The position numbers and the translations under genes are program-made. From contig MU053365.1 in assembly GCA_013239625.1 (NCBI GenBank), positions 845,566 to 909,565 of the forward strand: DNA of 64,000 bases, read 5' to 3'. Of this stretch, positions 50,178 to 63,411 are shown piece after piece. The DNA is from Lama guanicoe. Taxonomy: Eukaryota. The stretch's first letter is position 1, and the number at the start of each line of letters is the position of its first letter. Below the pieces are notes generated by a model, which was not told the origin of the DNA, ran no database searches, and was given only the letters and a program-made list of their open reading frames with translations.

Positions 50178-50348
50178 AGAAGAGCATATCCTCATTGCAA
50201 GAAAAGCATCCAGAAGGAAAAATCAGTCTCCTGAGTGCTGAGCTCGCCAAGCTGCGGTGGCGAAGCCATGGTGAGCAAAGCAGACAGAAGAACCCCCTTA
50301 TTTCCCTTCTTGAGAAATGCCCGTATCTGCTGATGCAGATATACGAAG
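50178..50348 (+). other. Candidate spliced exon, 171 nt, phase 1-1, unknown product
   Basis: ctgtcgccAG|ag...gaag|GTAAGA with a stop-free frame KSISSLQEKHPEGKISLLSAELAKLRWR...LLMQIYE. Unique sequence with retained CpGs. No homology recognised. Confidence 0.3.
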
Positions 50349-53300
50349 GTAAGAAAGGGCTAATTATTCTGTTTTTATGAGAACTGAATTTTGTACTTAA
50401 TTAACAGATTAAGTTATTCCCTGTTGCTAACAGGCTGTGTTCTCAATGAAACCAAATATTATGACAATTGCCAAGTTTATTTGATAGTTTATTGTATGAA
50501 TGCTAAAAGTGTATTTTAATGAGGTTTTTCCCCCTGTATTAGTTTTGGCCTCAAGCCCTGGTTTTAGGTATCACGATTTCCCTGCCATTTTCATTTGGCC
50601 GTTCTCTTGGTATGCATTTAGTTTCGGGCTTCTCCTTTACAGTTCCAGAGTCTAGCGGGCTACACACTTCGATTCCTCTAGCAACAGAATCACAAGAAAG
50701 ATGGCAGGGCCTGGTGAGCCCCTTCCTCTCTCCGCCACGCCCCAGCAGGACATGGTGGCTGAGGTCATGGGCACTGGCCCCAAAGACATGCGTTCTTATT
50801 CCAGTTCCACCACTGGCCAGTTTTGGAGCTATGGGAAAGCGAAAGTGACCCTGGCATGGTGGCTCCATGTCCAGGCTTTGGCCCACGCTCCCTGGGCTTG
50901 ACACCCAGTCCAGCTCGCTGCTCAGCTGCACATGCTGTGCCAAGTCGCAGAACTTCTCCATGCCCTGGCTTCCTCAGCTGCAAAACGGGGTTGCTCTTCC
51001 AAGCGTCTGCAGCATGGAGTTGTCACGTGAGGAAGGACTGAGCGCTTGGCAAATACATGTTAGCTGTTACTCATTTCCCAATGTCCCAGAGCAGAGGGGA
51101 GAGAGTGGCTTTGATTGTTGAAAACCTGAAAGTCAACAAAAATATGCTATGCAAATGATGAAAGAAATCAGAATTCCATTTGCTCAGTGAGACAGAAAGA
51201 GAGAGAGATTAGCAAGCTGTCCCTGGTAGTGGCCCCACCAAGGCTGGGAAGCTTGTGGAGACGGCCAGGCCATCACGTCTGTCCAAGGAGCTCCTGAGGT
51301 GCAGAGGCCCCTGGCACTTCTAGACACTCTTGGTTTCAGAGAAGAATCCCATACAATTAGCCTGTCTCTCTTGCCCTGGGAAAACCCCTGGAGTTGGGGT
51401 GACAGTGAGCTTAGGGAGCCTGCTGACGGCAGACACGGTGCCAGAGGCCTTGTGAAGGGCTCCCTGACTCCCACGTTGAAATGCTACTGTAGCACCTTTA
51501 GGCTGTCTCTTCACATTCCGCTGATACCAGAGCGTCCTGAACATATCAGAACCTTTTATTTGAAATAAAGTCTGCTTTGTCCAAAGAACAGAGCTCAATA
51601 GCCTCGTTAGAGCAAAATGCCAGCTGAACTTTTTAAACAGAGCCTGAAGGGAACGTCCCTACCCCAAATTTAGGGTGAAGGGTAAGGGAAGAAAAGGGGT
51701 TGGGAAAACAAAGAGAAACAGCAAAATGCTGAGAAAGGTAAGGAACAGAGGAGGGGAGGAACTTAGAAATGTGTACTGCAGAAGTGTGGGACAGGGCCAC
51801 GGAAGTGGATCCAAGAAGCCACATCGGGGCACCAGCCGCACCTCAACTTTACAGCAAGAAAGCACCTTCTATTTCATTTACCAAACCTATTCATATTAGA
51901 GACTGGGAAACTGACGCTTGCCTGCTCGTGGTCACACTGGGCGTCGGGGAGGAAGCCTGGTCACCTGCCTCCCTACCTGGGTCTCTGGAAGTTGTTGCTT
52001 CTCCCCACCACCAGGTGCAAGGTTTGGTTAGAAATGAGAACCCTTTTCTTCCCACAATATCTACGGTGAATTGTGGGGACATTCATGCCACTTCCTGTCC
52101 TAGACGTCAAGCCTTCATTGCATGGTGTGCTTTATAAGTAAACTAGGGTTCCCTGGGTAGAGGCTGGGTTCTTTGGGAGGCCAGGAGGTGGAGAAGGGCT
52201 CCACCAAAGCCCTGGAAATAATAGTCAAGGACCCCGACTGACTGGGAGGAAGCAAAGAAAGTCCTGAATTTTCTGCGACTTTATCAGAATGCATTAAAAA
52301 TGAAAATTGCGATTTCTTCTGAGAAAATATTGGTGCTTTCTCGTTTTATTAAAGGGAAACTTCTTCTTTTCTGATACACATGCTGGTGCCACGGAGTGAT
52401 GATTTGTCCCATTAATCTTCAATGACCTGGGAGAAGAACGAGATAAAGCTCCTTTCAAAGTGGCCTGAAGAATTCTCTTGAGATGCAGATGGAAGCCAGT
52501 GATTTTCAAAACTGGTCAGAATAATTTCACAATGGAGACAAAAGCAAATATACTCTGCTACTGCCTATAAATTCTCATCCATAAATACATTTTTCCAATG
52601 AGCCTGCTGGCCACCCATCTCGTCTCTGAATTCCCATCCTGTGCTAATGAACGTCCCAGATCCACACAGAACAACCGCTACATCTGGTCTGAGCCTTTGC
52701 AGCTTGCGTTCGTCTTTATAAATTTAGTTCTATCTTGCAGTAAAAGCAAGATCGCTATCAATTTGTTTGATGTCCCCTGCAAGCAGCTATAGGACATTAT
52801 TAATTCTCTCCCAAGACCTTTCCCCTCTCACTCTAAGGGATATAAACAGAGTTATTCTAAACCATTTGCTGTGTTTTGACAATCTTCTCAGAATAATTAC
52901 CCTAACGCATCCACAAGAGCAAAGGAGGACATAAAAGATAAGACTGCCAGGGTTTAAGCCAAAGATCAGTTGAAATATCCAGCACTTGTCAAAAATAATA
53001 TTTAGAAAAAAGAACTCCCAGAAAACATTTTTATGCTGATTTCCACAAGACTGTAAAGGTCAATGGGCCCGACCCCATGCTGAACAGTAGATTTAAAATG
53101 CAGAGCTAGACATCCAGTCATATGTGAATAAAGGAATGTAATGCATCAAGAAGTATATTTTTCTTTTGATGAAAACATTAAAAAATAGTGTCCCAAAGAT
53201 AGCAGGGTTGTGGCAGTGAGCTTGTCACCAAATGATGGAATTCACTAAACAAATTATAAGAAACTCGTCTAAAGAAACTGTGCCAGCCCCTCCAATTTGC

Positions 53301-53700
53301 CGTAGTTGGTACTGAGATACAGAGCCAGTTAGCACATGTTGGGGACGGGTGGCTGGAATTTGAACCTAAATAATAAGACTCTAGAGCCAGTGCTATTAAC
53401 CAGGGATGGTGTGAGAAATTGGGATAAGGTGAAGCTCAGGGATGGGATGTGTGGTCACTTGGAAGATGTTACACCCGCTCTGTCCACTAAGTTTAAGGGG
53501 TAAATCTGGCAGCAGAGGTGGTGTGAAGGAAGATGATTTTTCAGTTAGGAGAGAGTATTTCAGTTCTTGGTTTTGCTCTTTGTTAATTTCTCATTCAAGT
53601 TTTTGAAGCCTGTTCTGCTGACATACCATCCTTGAAGTGCAGTTGGTTGGCATCTCGTTAATAAAGAGGTTTCCAAAAATACAGTGCGTTTATAGGACAC

Positions 53701-54150
53701 TGTTGTAGACTGAATTGTGTCTCCCCAAAAGGTACGTTGAAGTCCTAACCCACACTACCTATAATTATGAACTTATTTGGAAATCAGGTCTTCATAGATG
53801 TAATCAAGTTAAGACGAGGTCATGCTAGATTAGTGTGGGCCCTAAATCCAATGACTGGTATTCTTATAAGAGGAGTGGAAATGCAGACACAGGAACACAG
53901 ACACATAGAGGAAAAGGCCATATGATGACAGAGGTAGAGGTCAGAGTGAGGCACTTCCAAGCCAAGGCACACCAGGGATTGCTGGCAAGAGGAAGGAAAC
54001 CTCTTCCCCTAAAGGCTTCAGAGGAGCACGGCCCTGCCAACACCTGGATTTCAGACCTCTAGCCTCTAGTACTGTGAGACAATACATGTATATTGTTTTA
54101 AGCCAGCAAGTTTGCAGGGATGTGTTATGGCAACCCAAGGAACTATAGCA
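53701..54150 (+). mobile_element. MLT1B/C-like MaLR solo LTR
   Basis: tgttgtagactgaattgtgtc...gttgaagtcctaacc...ggccctaaatccaatgactgg...gccctgccaacacctggatttcagac. Confidence 0.85.
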
Positions 54151-54819
54151 TTGGAACAAAGTTAGTGTCCCTTGAACAAAAATTATTTTGGCTCTTCTGT
54201 TTATTTTAAGAATGGAGCTCTAATACTAATCCATTCTGGATGGAAACCCCAAATGGGTAACTGTATCGTTTTTGAAAAACACTAGAGTGAACCTTTAATT
54301 ATGTTATAGTGTGTAGTCATAATAAAGTATCTAGAGATATCCACTGTGCAGACTGGACAGTCAAGCTAAAGTATGTTGTCTGCTAAACTAATTCCATCTA
54401 CTCCGCTTGATTTATCATTTCTATATCACTCTGCTTCTTTAGAATACTACTTTCTACATTTCCCCCTTTGCTCACTTTGGAACAACATGAGAACAGTTCC
54501 CAGAAGACAGTTGTCCATATGGAGTCAACTGCAAAAAGCAAACTTTAACCTTCTGAAACAGATCTTTGGTGAGAAGGAGTCCCCTATACCTATGATTTCC
54601 TTTAAAGAGTTCTCTCTTCACTAACACCAAATATTTCTTATTGTTCTTCCAAAAGCTTTGCATTTTGTACTGCTGTTGATAAAAGTACATACTTAATCCA
54701 TTTCACACATTACAACTGAAAATTGGAGAGCAATATTTAGTATATCACTTTACAGCCAACACACCCTAGAATTCTGTGATAGTAATCTGGTTATCTTGTT
54801 ATCTGAAATGTATTTAAGT

Positions 54820-54843
54820 ACACACACACACACACACACACAC
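54820..54843 (+). repeat. (CA)n microsatellite
   Basis: Directly visible. Confidence 0.95.
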
Positions 54844-55629
54844 CCCTTATCTTTTACACTGTAACCAAGAAATTAGCATTTTATTCACTATTATTCACTT
54901 CTTGTGGCAGGGATTCCAAAGAACCTGACTGAACTGGTTAAGTGGCTTGATCAGTGACTTTACCACAGATGAAAATACTGCCCAAACTCTGCACATGAAG
55001 TTATCTTCTCATGCAAAGTGGATGTGATATCCAAGTTCTTAACTGATGACTTTGATCAAGCACCTATAGAATTAGCTCTACAAAGAGCTCCAGTCAGTGA
55101 AGGCTCCCAAGGTCATATCTAATCAAATGTATCTCCTTCACCTGCTTGCTGGGCAGTTACCCTGACCTAATCCCCCCACCATTTTAGTCATTGTTCAAGG
55201 TTAGATACCTAACACGGAGGCATGAATCCAGGTCTTTCATTAAGTAAGAACATGTTACCAGAAAGGGGAAGGAAGATTCTGAGTCAGGTGTGCTCTAGCC
55301 ATTTCTTGTTCACATTTTTGGGGTGAATTTGTTTATCCTATCATATAGTTCATATTTTGGAATCCAGAGAGAATGTTGTTTTGTTAAGGATGAGATCCAG
55401 TAATGGGGAAGTGGGAATGGAAATGATGCCCTAGCAGGTCCTGGATAATGACACTGAGAGTGAGTGAAAACAGAATAGTTAATAATGAACTAACTCCATC
55501 TCTGCTACTTACCCACCAGAACTCTCCACCTCTACCCTCACCACGGACTTGCATGATGAAAGCCTTAAGCCTGATGTTGCAACCCTAGAATTGTACCCCA
55601 TAGACCACTACAGAATATGTAAAGACCAA

Positions 55630-55860
55630 CAGATTGAACTTTTGCAGTGAGACAGATTCATATTTTAATCTTGTGTCTGGTATTTACTGGCTATGTGACC
55701 CAGGGCAAGTCACTTGACCTCTCTGAACATTCAGGTTTTCATCTGTAAAATGTGAATCATGAAACTCCCATAACAAACTTGTTATGAGAATTAAATAACT
55801 TAATGCTTAACACATCATCTTGCACATAATAAGCAATAAATAAATATCAGCTATTATTAA
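55630..55860 (+). mobile_element. MIR SINE
   Basis: tgtgacccagggcaagtcacttgacctctctg...catctgtaaaatg. Confidence 0.8.
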
Positions 55861-56269
55861 ATGAACCCAAACTATGCAAAGTAGCATTTATTCCTGATGG
55901 TCAGTCACTGACCATCAAATGGTTGATTAATTGATCCAGTTCAGCCCCCGAGAAGTCTAAGGTAACTTTACCCTAACTATCTGTGGGCCAGTTATATCGC
56001 CTTATTAATCAAATAGAATATTTACTTGTCTAATTTCACTACTATCAAATAAAACAGCTAGCAATTTGTCAACTACAGTATGGGGAGACAGAATGGATGG
56101 CAAGGATTCAGAAGATTCAAGCAAATACATCTGGGTGATTTATACTTGGAGAGGCAGGCTGTGTAGGGGCACCCAAAGACTTTAGTGTATTTGCATTATT
56201 TGGTTTCCTGTCCACACTCGAAGAGCATCCTGTGTGACTCTAAGCCAGGTTGGCTTCCAGATGGTTGGG

Positions 56270-56500
56270 CACCCTATCTGATTTATTCCAGCGGGACCAG
56301 TATGTAGAAAGGCTGGTGGGACAGATTTGATAGAAGACTGGGTTGTTCCAAAATGTAGTGAGCTCCCCATTGATGAAGATGTATGAACAGAGGCTTGATG
56401 CCCAGTCCTTAGGGAAGCTGGGGAAAGAATGTGTTCCTTTGGAAAATATGTGTCTAGATAAGAGTTAAGTGTCTTTCTGCCTCTAAGATGGTATTATCCA
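56270..56500 (+). mobile_element. L3/CR1 LINE 3' fragment
   Basis: tagtgagctccccattg...aagatgt...cagaggcttgatg resembles the conserved L3 3' end. Confidence 0.5.
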
Positions 56501-57569
56501 ATGACTCTATAACAAGCATGAGAATCTGTATTTATAATTTCAGTATTTCAGGAGGCTTCCATTAGGTTTTAAGTCACCTATGGATAATTTCATGCCAAAA
56601 AAAAAGATGAACTAATCAAAGGAATAACTGCAACATATTTTATATACATTAAGGTACAGTTATTCATTCCGGTCTAAATTACTTTTTAAAACAAGTAAAT
56701 AGTCTATAACTAGTACTGGGATTATACAAAGAGTATATGCTATTTGCAGATATGTGCAGTAGGAGGAAGAAAAATATGCCCTAATAAAATTACAGCTCAT
56801 AAGTTTCAACATTAAAAACCCTGATTTAATTTTATAATCCATCCTTATGAAGTCACTGAAGATTTGTAAGCTTTTGCCTAATGAGGATCTACGGTATAAT
56901 GGTCATAGCACTCTGAGGATGGAGGGGCAATGTACCTTGGAAAACATTTGAAAATCCATTTAATTATATCAGGCCCCATGACAAGCATTTGTGAATGCAC
57001 ACATCAAAAACTAGAGGTGTGATTGGGGACCACATATCATCGGCTGAGTAGCAGACACAAAGCTAAGTACAATTCTGCTTCTCTTCTCAAATTAACAGGA
57101 TTGCCTCTGTTTAATTCCAGTTGTGGTTTTCTTAAGGAGTAAACCAATGGTGCAGCACTATTTCAGCCCAATCAACTGCCTAATTTCTCATACTGAGCCC
57201 TTATAATTTTGCAAAGCTGAGTAGACATGCCAGGTATATTTCTGTGGAGACCCACTGCAGACAATAGCGACTCTCCTCTTAATCCAAGCAGAGTCTGGGG
57301 CCGACAGCATCCTAGGCTTCCCACACGCTGCTGTTTGCACCTTAGGTGTGATAAACTGAATACTAATTAGGTTCTAACACTTGTAATTAGATGGTTTATT
57401 CATGCTGTTGTAATGTACTTTTCCTTTCCAAATTTGGTTTCACAGTTGTCACTTACCAGATCATTGCCTGAGTTTTGGTGGCAATACTGATAACTTCTTA
57501 TAGCCTCCCCCATTAGTCAATGCTTATTTGTTGAATGAACAAACTCTTTGGAGCAAAGCCACTTCTGGT

Positions 57570-58050
57570 TTACTGCAATAGCCTCCTAAACTAATTCTGC
57601 TTCTTCCATCCTTGATCACTTACAGTCCATTCTCAACACAGCTGCCAGAGGGCTTCTCTGTGTCAAAGTCAGCTCATGGCCCTCCTCTGCACAGATTCCT
57701 CCGGGGGCTCACCGTTTCACTTGAGATAAAAGCGAAAGTCTTTTGGAAGGCCTGATCTAGAAGGTTCTGTATAGCCCTGCCCCTCCATTGTTTCTGTGAC
57801 TGCCTGCCCTACCACTCCCTCTTTCATTCGCCCTATCCCGCTCACCCAGCTTCCTTGGAATCCCCAAGCCTAGAACGCTCCTGCCTTAGAGCTTCTGCAC
57901 TGGCAAAGCTTCTGCACTACTGGGACTAATCTTCTCTCCTAGATCTTCACTGATCTTCACTCTTCTGTCATGTCTTTCAAGTCTTTTCTCAAATATCACC
58001 TTGACTACCCTACCTGAAATTTTAACACCCACCTCCAACATCCTGCTCTA
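57570..58050 (+). mobile_element. L2 fragment
   Basis: tactgcaatagcctcctaa; cagtccattctcaacacagctgccagag; ctcctgccttagagc. Confidence 0.75.
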
Positions 58051-58054
58051 TTTT

Positions 58055-61000
58055 TATAATTAGGTATAAATCAGACTAAAAATACACAGAATCTATATTC
58101 TGAAAACTAAAAAATACCACAGAAAGAACTCAAAAAACCTAAATAAATGGAGAGACCCACTATGTTCCTGAATGAGAACACTCTACATAGTAAAGATTCA
58201 TATACAGGTTTAACACAATTCCTAGCAAAATCCCAGCAGGATCATTTTGTAGATATAGACAAGGGGACTTTAAAATATATACGGAAAGGTAAAGGAACTA
58301 AAATATCCAAAGCAATTTTGAAAAAGAAGAATAAAGTGGAGGAATCATTCTACCTAATTTTAAGACTTACCATATAGATAGCTAGTACTCAAGACAGTGT
58401 GGTACTGGCAGAGGAATAAACACATAGACCAATGGAGTAGAACTGAGAACCCAGAAATACACCCACACAAGTATGACCAACTGACTTTTATCAAAGGAAT
58501 ACAAGCATTCAATGGGAGAAGAATAGTCTTTTCAACAAATGGTGCTGGAACAATCGGACAACCACAGGCCAAAAAAAAAAAAAAACTCAATCTAAACCTC
58601 ATATCTTATATAAGATTAGCTGAAAACCAATAATAAATTTAGATGTATAACATAAGAACATAAAACTTTTAGTAGATAACTTAGGAGAAAATCTTGATGA
58701 CATGGGGCTAGGAGGTGAATTCTCAACCATGGTTTAAAAAATGATAAATTGGACTTTGTCAAAATTAAAAACTTTAGCTTTGTCAAAGACAACTGTCAAA
58801 AAAAGTGAAAAGACAAATGACAGATTGAGAGAAAATATCTGTAAACCACATATCCAACAAATGACTTGAATACAGAATATGTAAAGAATGCTCAAAACTC
58901 TATAGTAAGAAAACAACTACCCAACTGAAAAATGGGCAGCAGGCGTAAGCTGAAACTTCATCAAAGATGATATAAGCAAATAAACACATAAAAAGATATT
59001 CATCAGCCATTAGGCAGATACAAATTAAAACCTTGGTGAGAATTACTACATACCTGTTTAGCTAAAATTTTTAAAAAGACAACAATTGATGTGGAAAGGA
59101 TGTGGAGTAACAATTCTAAATCATTGCTGTTGGGAATATAAAATGTTACAGACACTTTGGAAGACAGTTTGGCAGTTTCTTATACATTTAAACATATACT
59201 TGCCATATAACCAACAATGTCACTCTTAGATACTTACTCAAGTGAACTGAACACCTACGTATATGCAAAAACCTGTATGTGGATGTTTATAGTAACTTTA
59301 TTCATAATTGCCAAAAGCTGGAAGCAAAAATAAAAGATATCATTCAGTAGATGAATGTATAAACAAACTGTGGTCTATCCACCCAATGCAACATTATTCA
59401 GTGATAAAAACGAATGAGCCATTAATCCACGTAACAACATGGATTAATCATAAATGTATTTTGCAAAGTGAAAAAAGCCAGATAGAAAATACCACATGTT
59501 GTATAATTCCATTTATATGGTATTCTGGAAAGGCAAAAATGTAGATGTGGAAAACACATCAGAGACTGTTGGGGGTCGGGGTGGGAGTAGTGACTGAGTA
59601 CAAACAGCAGCCCAGGGGGACTGGCAGGGCCCTGGGACTGTTCTCTCTGGTACGATGGTGCTGGATACACGACTACATTTTTCAAAATCCACAGAACTCT
59701 ACAGCACAAAGAGTGACCTTTACTGTATGCAAATTCAAAATATCAAAAAGGATTTCAGGAGAAACTAGGATGGAGTGCAGACCATCACAAATGAATCTAC
59801 CTGTATTACAAATGTATAAGGTAACCTTGCTGAAAGGAATGGGGGAAAAGGTAGCCGACCTAAGTAACTTCGGAAAACAATATTTTGAATTGATGCTGTA
59901 AGGCGAAAAGCAAACAAAACTGTATATAAACTATGTGCCCCAGTCAGTAAATTTGTTTCTCACAAGGATACAGGTTGGCCATTCTGAAACTACACTAGGC
60001 TTGAACAAATAAGTAAATGGATGGTGGATAGATGATGAGAGCCAGGTTTCTCACAGTCAGAGAAAGAACTTAAAATAACCGAGGTGGGAAGTTAGAAGAA
60101 TAAAACCTATGGTGCTGGACTGCAATCAGAGACGCCAGTACGAACTCATACATATATGTATGTATACATGTACATATATACACACGCACATATACACATA
60201 TAGATAGATATAGAAATAAGTACATATATGGATTAATACACACTTATACATATATGAATATTAATATATATCTCCTATCCTAGCTCTGTCTGCTGAGGGG
60301 TCCTAGAAGCAGGGACACTCCAGCAGGAATGAGCACACCCTGCACCCACATTATAGTTTTTAAGTATCACTCTCCAATCAAAAGAGCCAGGGCTTCCTGA
60401 GGAAATGACAGTTCTAGGGCTGGGACAGGGAAAATGGGGCAGGGAAAATGCAAGAAAAGGGATGAGGACACATCAGAAGGACATAGAAGCCAACTTGAAA
60501 GAGTTCTCAATTGCCAAAGCTAGAATAATTTGAGCAGCAAGGTAAATAACTATGTAATTATAGCATTGGAGTCTAACCCAAAGAATTAACTAAGTATCCA
60601 TGGGTTCATACTGATCTAAATAAATGATCGAATAACAAATACATGTGGAAGAAGGGCGAGATCTTTCTTATAGGAGAATTATCAGTAATAAATGTAGAAG
60701 GAATTAGGGAACTAGAAAATCAGCATTAGAACTCCACAGCAATGATTGCTACAGGTAAGGTTCACTGGTGAATGCCAACATTAGGGGGCAATACTTTAAG
60801 GAGAAACAGAGTAGTTACATAGCTTTCTCAAAGTATCTCCCCCTAAATATTGATTAATTACTATAGTGGCTTTAACATATGCCCACAAATTTTTTGATAC
60901 TCCTTCATTCAGGAGGTGGAGCTTAATCCCTCTCCTCTTGATTGTGAGCTGGGTTGAATGACTGGCTTCTAAGGAATGGAGCATGGAAAGGGAAAAATTA

Positions 61001-61537
61001 GTAATTTTATAAAGGAGAAATCTGGCAGAGACCACCCTGCAATAAGTGATCAAGTTTAATATGATGAGAAATAAGTCATGCTGATATCATTTCCCCCCTA
61101 ATATGATGTGATAAGAAATCTATAACTCCAGCCTGACCATGAGAAAACATAAGGCAAACCCACACTGGGAGACATTCCACAAAATAATTGACTAGTACTC
61201 TTCAAAACTGTCAAGGTCACACAAAATGAGGAAAGACTGAGGACTGTCCAGATTATAGGGACAATAAAAAGACAGGACCAGCTCAATGCAATGTGGTATC
61301 CAGGGTTTGATCCCGGAATAGAAAAAGAACATTAGAGGGGAAGTTGGTGAAATTTTTTAAAAAGTCAGTAGTCAAGGGTATCATACTGCTATTAATTTCT
61401 TAATTTTGATACATGTATCATGGTTTGTGAGATGTTAACATTAGGAGAAGCTGGGTGAAGGATAAATGAAAAATTTCTGTATTATTTTTGCCACTTTTAT
61501 TAGTCTAAAATTATTTCAAGATAAAATGTTTTTTAAA
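58055..61537 (+). mobile_element. L1MC/MD-like element: ORF2 3' part plus long 3'UTR
   Basis: ORFs 58147-58633 (WYWQRNKHIDQWSRTENPEIHPHKYDQLTF) and 59308-59544 (CINKLWSIHPMQHYS) are L1 ORF2p remnants, followed by a ~2 kb 3'UTR typical of L1MC/MD families. Confidence 0.85.
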
Positions 61538-61544
61538 AGCATGA

Positions 61545-62320
61545 TGAAAAGACCAAGTGCTGGCTAGGGTGCAGAACAGTTGGATCACTCAGACATTGCT
61601 GGTGGGAATTTGAAATGTTACAGCCACTCTAGAAATCAGCTTGACAGTTTCTCGTGAAATTAAACATACAAAAGACAGACAACTGTAATTAAACAACTAA
61701 TTGTATTATTCATGGGTATTTAGCCCAGAGAAATGAAAATGTATATCCAAATAAAAACTTATATATGAGTATTTATAGTCACTCTACTAATAACAGAACA
61801 AACTGGAAACAAAACCCAGGCGTCTTTCAATGAGTTAACAATTTTTTAAAACTGTGGTATATCCCATGGAATACTACTCAGCAATACAGAGGAATGAACT
61901 ATTGATACACACAACAGTTTAGATGGATCTGGAGGGATTCATGCTGAATGAAAAAAAAACCAATCTCCAAATGTTATGCCTTGCATGTATGTACTTTTAC
62001 AACATTTTTTTTTTTTGTCAGTGGAGGTACTGGGGAAGGAACCCAGGACCTCATGCATGCTAGGCACAGGCTCTACCACTGAGCTATACCCTCCCACACT
62101 TTTATGACATTTTAAAGACATTCTTGAAAAGACAAACCTAAAACTAATAATGGAAAAGCAATCAGTGGTTGCCAGGAGGTAGAGGTAGGGTGATAGAAGG
62201 ATTCTGTATTTTGATTACAGTGGTGGTATTTATTTGAATTTATAAATGGTATAAACTTGATAAAACTATACAGCAAAAGAGTCCATTTTACTGTGTGTTA
62301 ATTCTAAAAATAAAAAAAAA
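61545..62320 (+). mobile_element. Second old L1M 3'-end fragment
   Basis: attgctggtgggaatttgaaatg; ggaatactactcagcaata; atcagtggttgccagg; A-rich end. Confidence 0.75.
62004..62097 (-). mobile_element. Vic-1-like tRNA-derived SINE inserted in L1
   Basis: Antisense gtggaggtactgggga...cccaggacctcatgcatgctaggc...ctctaccactgagctataccc with poly(T). Near-TSD acttttacaacatttt / acttttatgacatttt. Confidence 0.9.
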
Positions 62321-63411
62321 TTTTTTAAATGAAAGCCATATACCAAAGATTACTGCACTTTAAACATTACTGTATCCATATTGTAACTCCATGGAAAATG
62401 AAGAAATTCCAAAAGAATGTAAAAATTGTGCCATATGTTAATGTCTACACTTTAAATTAAAGTTAAGTGATGAAAAAATGTAAAAGCCATACACATGGGG
62501 CTGTGTTGGTTTTATTTTTCCTATTGATTTCTACTCACAGCAGTGAGTGAGCTGACTGCAATACTTTGAAATAGATTTGGACTTGCTTTTGGCCTAAAGT
62601 GTTGTCAAACTTTTTAAACATTTCATATATGCATGAAAAGGATATACAGTCTACAGCTGTGGATATTATTTTATACCTAGTCTGTTAGGACCAATTTGTT
62701 TAATGTGTTGTTCAAGTATTTCTCTATTTTTCTTTAAACTAAGATAGGAGTGTACATCTCATTGTCATAAAAGAATTACCTGAGGGAAATTTTGAAGTGG
62801 AAGATGAAAGTAGTTTCTTGCAGAAGGATTTGTGTACACTTCTGCCAAGTGCTTGGCGGCATTACCAGTCCAAGATCACCTTCAGTCACATTCACAGCTT
62901 GATAATTCTTTGACAACCCAGGCAATGCAAATCCAGGCTACAGTTCTACGTAAGGACAGGCCCATGGCCACAACTCCCAGTGACAAGTCTTTCTTTTTTT
63001 ATTTCCACTGCTCTTGTTAACCCTGGAGAAGAGTACCTTTGGCTCCTACTTTCCATCAGAGTACAATCCTATGGGGTCCAAATTTAATGTGGGGGAGAGT
63101 CTTTTATTAGTGCCCTCCCACAACCCTAGGCTGTGGCCCTTCTGTCTGCCCTGACTCCTGGCTCCTTCTTGGCTCCTTAGCCTGTGCCCTGATCACCTAG
63201 ATTTCTGACCTCCTGACCGTTCTCTGGTGCCCCACGCCTGACCTCTGAAAAACCCAGCTCCCGTTACCCGTGGGGCGGCCATTCAGCCAGGGCTGGGTGG
63301 CTGCTGTGGTGGCTTTGCTCCTCTCTCGAGTCACTGAGGCAGGACGCACAAATGCAGACCTACTATGCTTCTCCTCCTCAGCTGAGGTGATCAAGGCAAT
63401 GACTGGGCGTA

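Noticed and set aside
57890..57962. Short local direct repeats (agcttctgcact twice; gatcttcact twice)
   Set aside because: Small slippage-type duplications inside a decayed L2; no array structure.
62745..62955. Exon-like open frames with donor-like sites on both strands
   Set aside because: The sequence (ggatttgtgtacacttctgccaagtgcttggcggcattaccagtcc) resembles the antisense 5' region of old L1M elements, so it is more likely repeat-derived.
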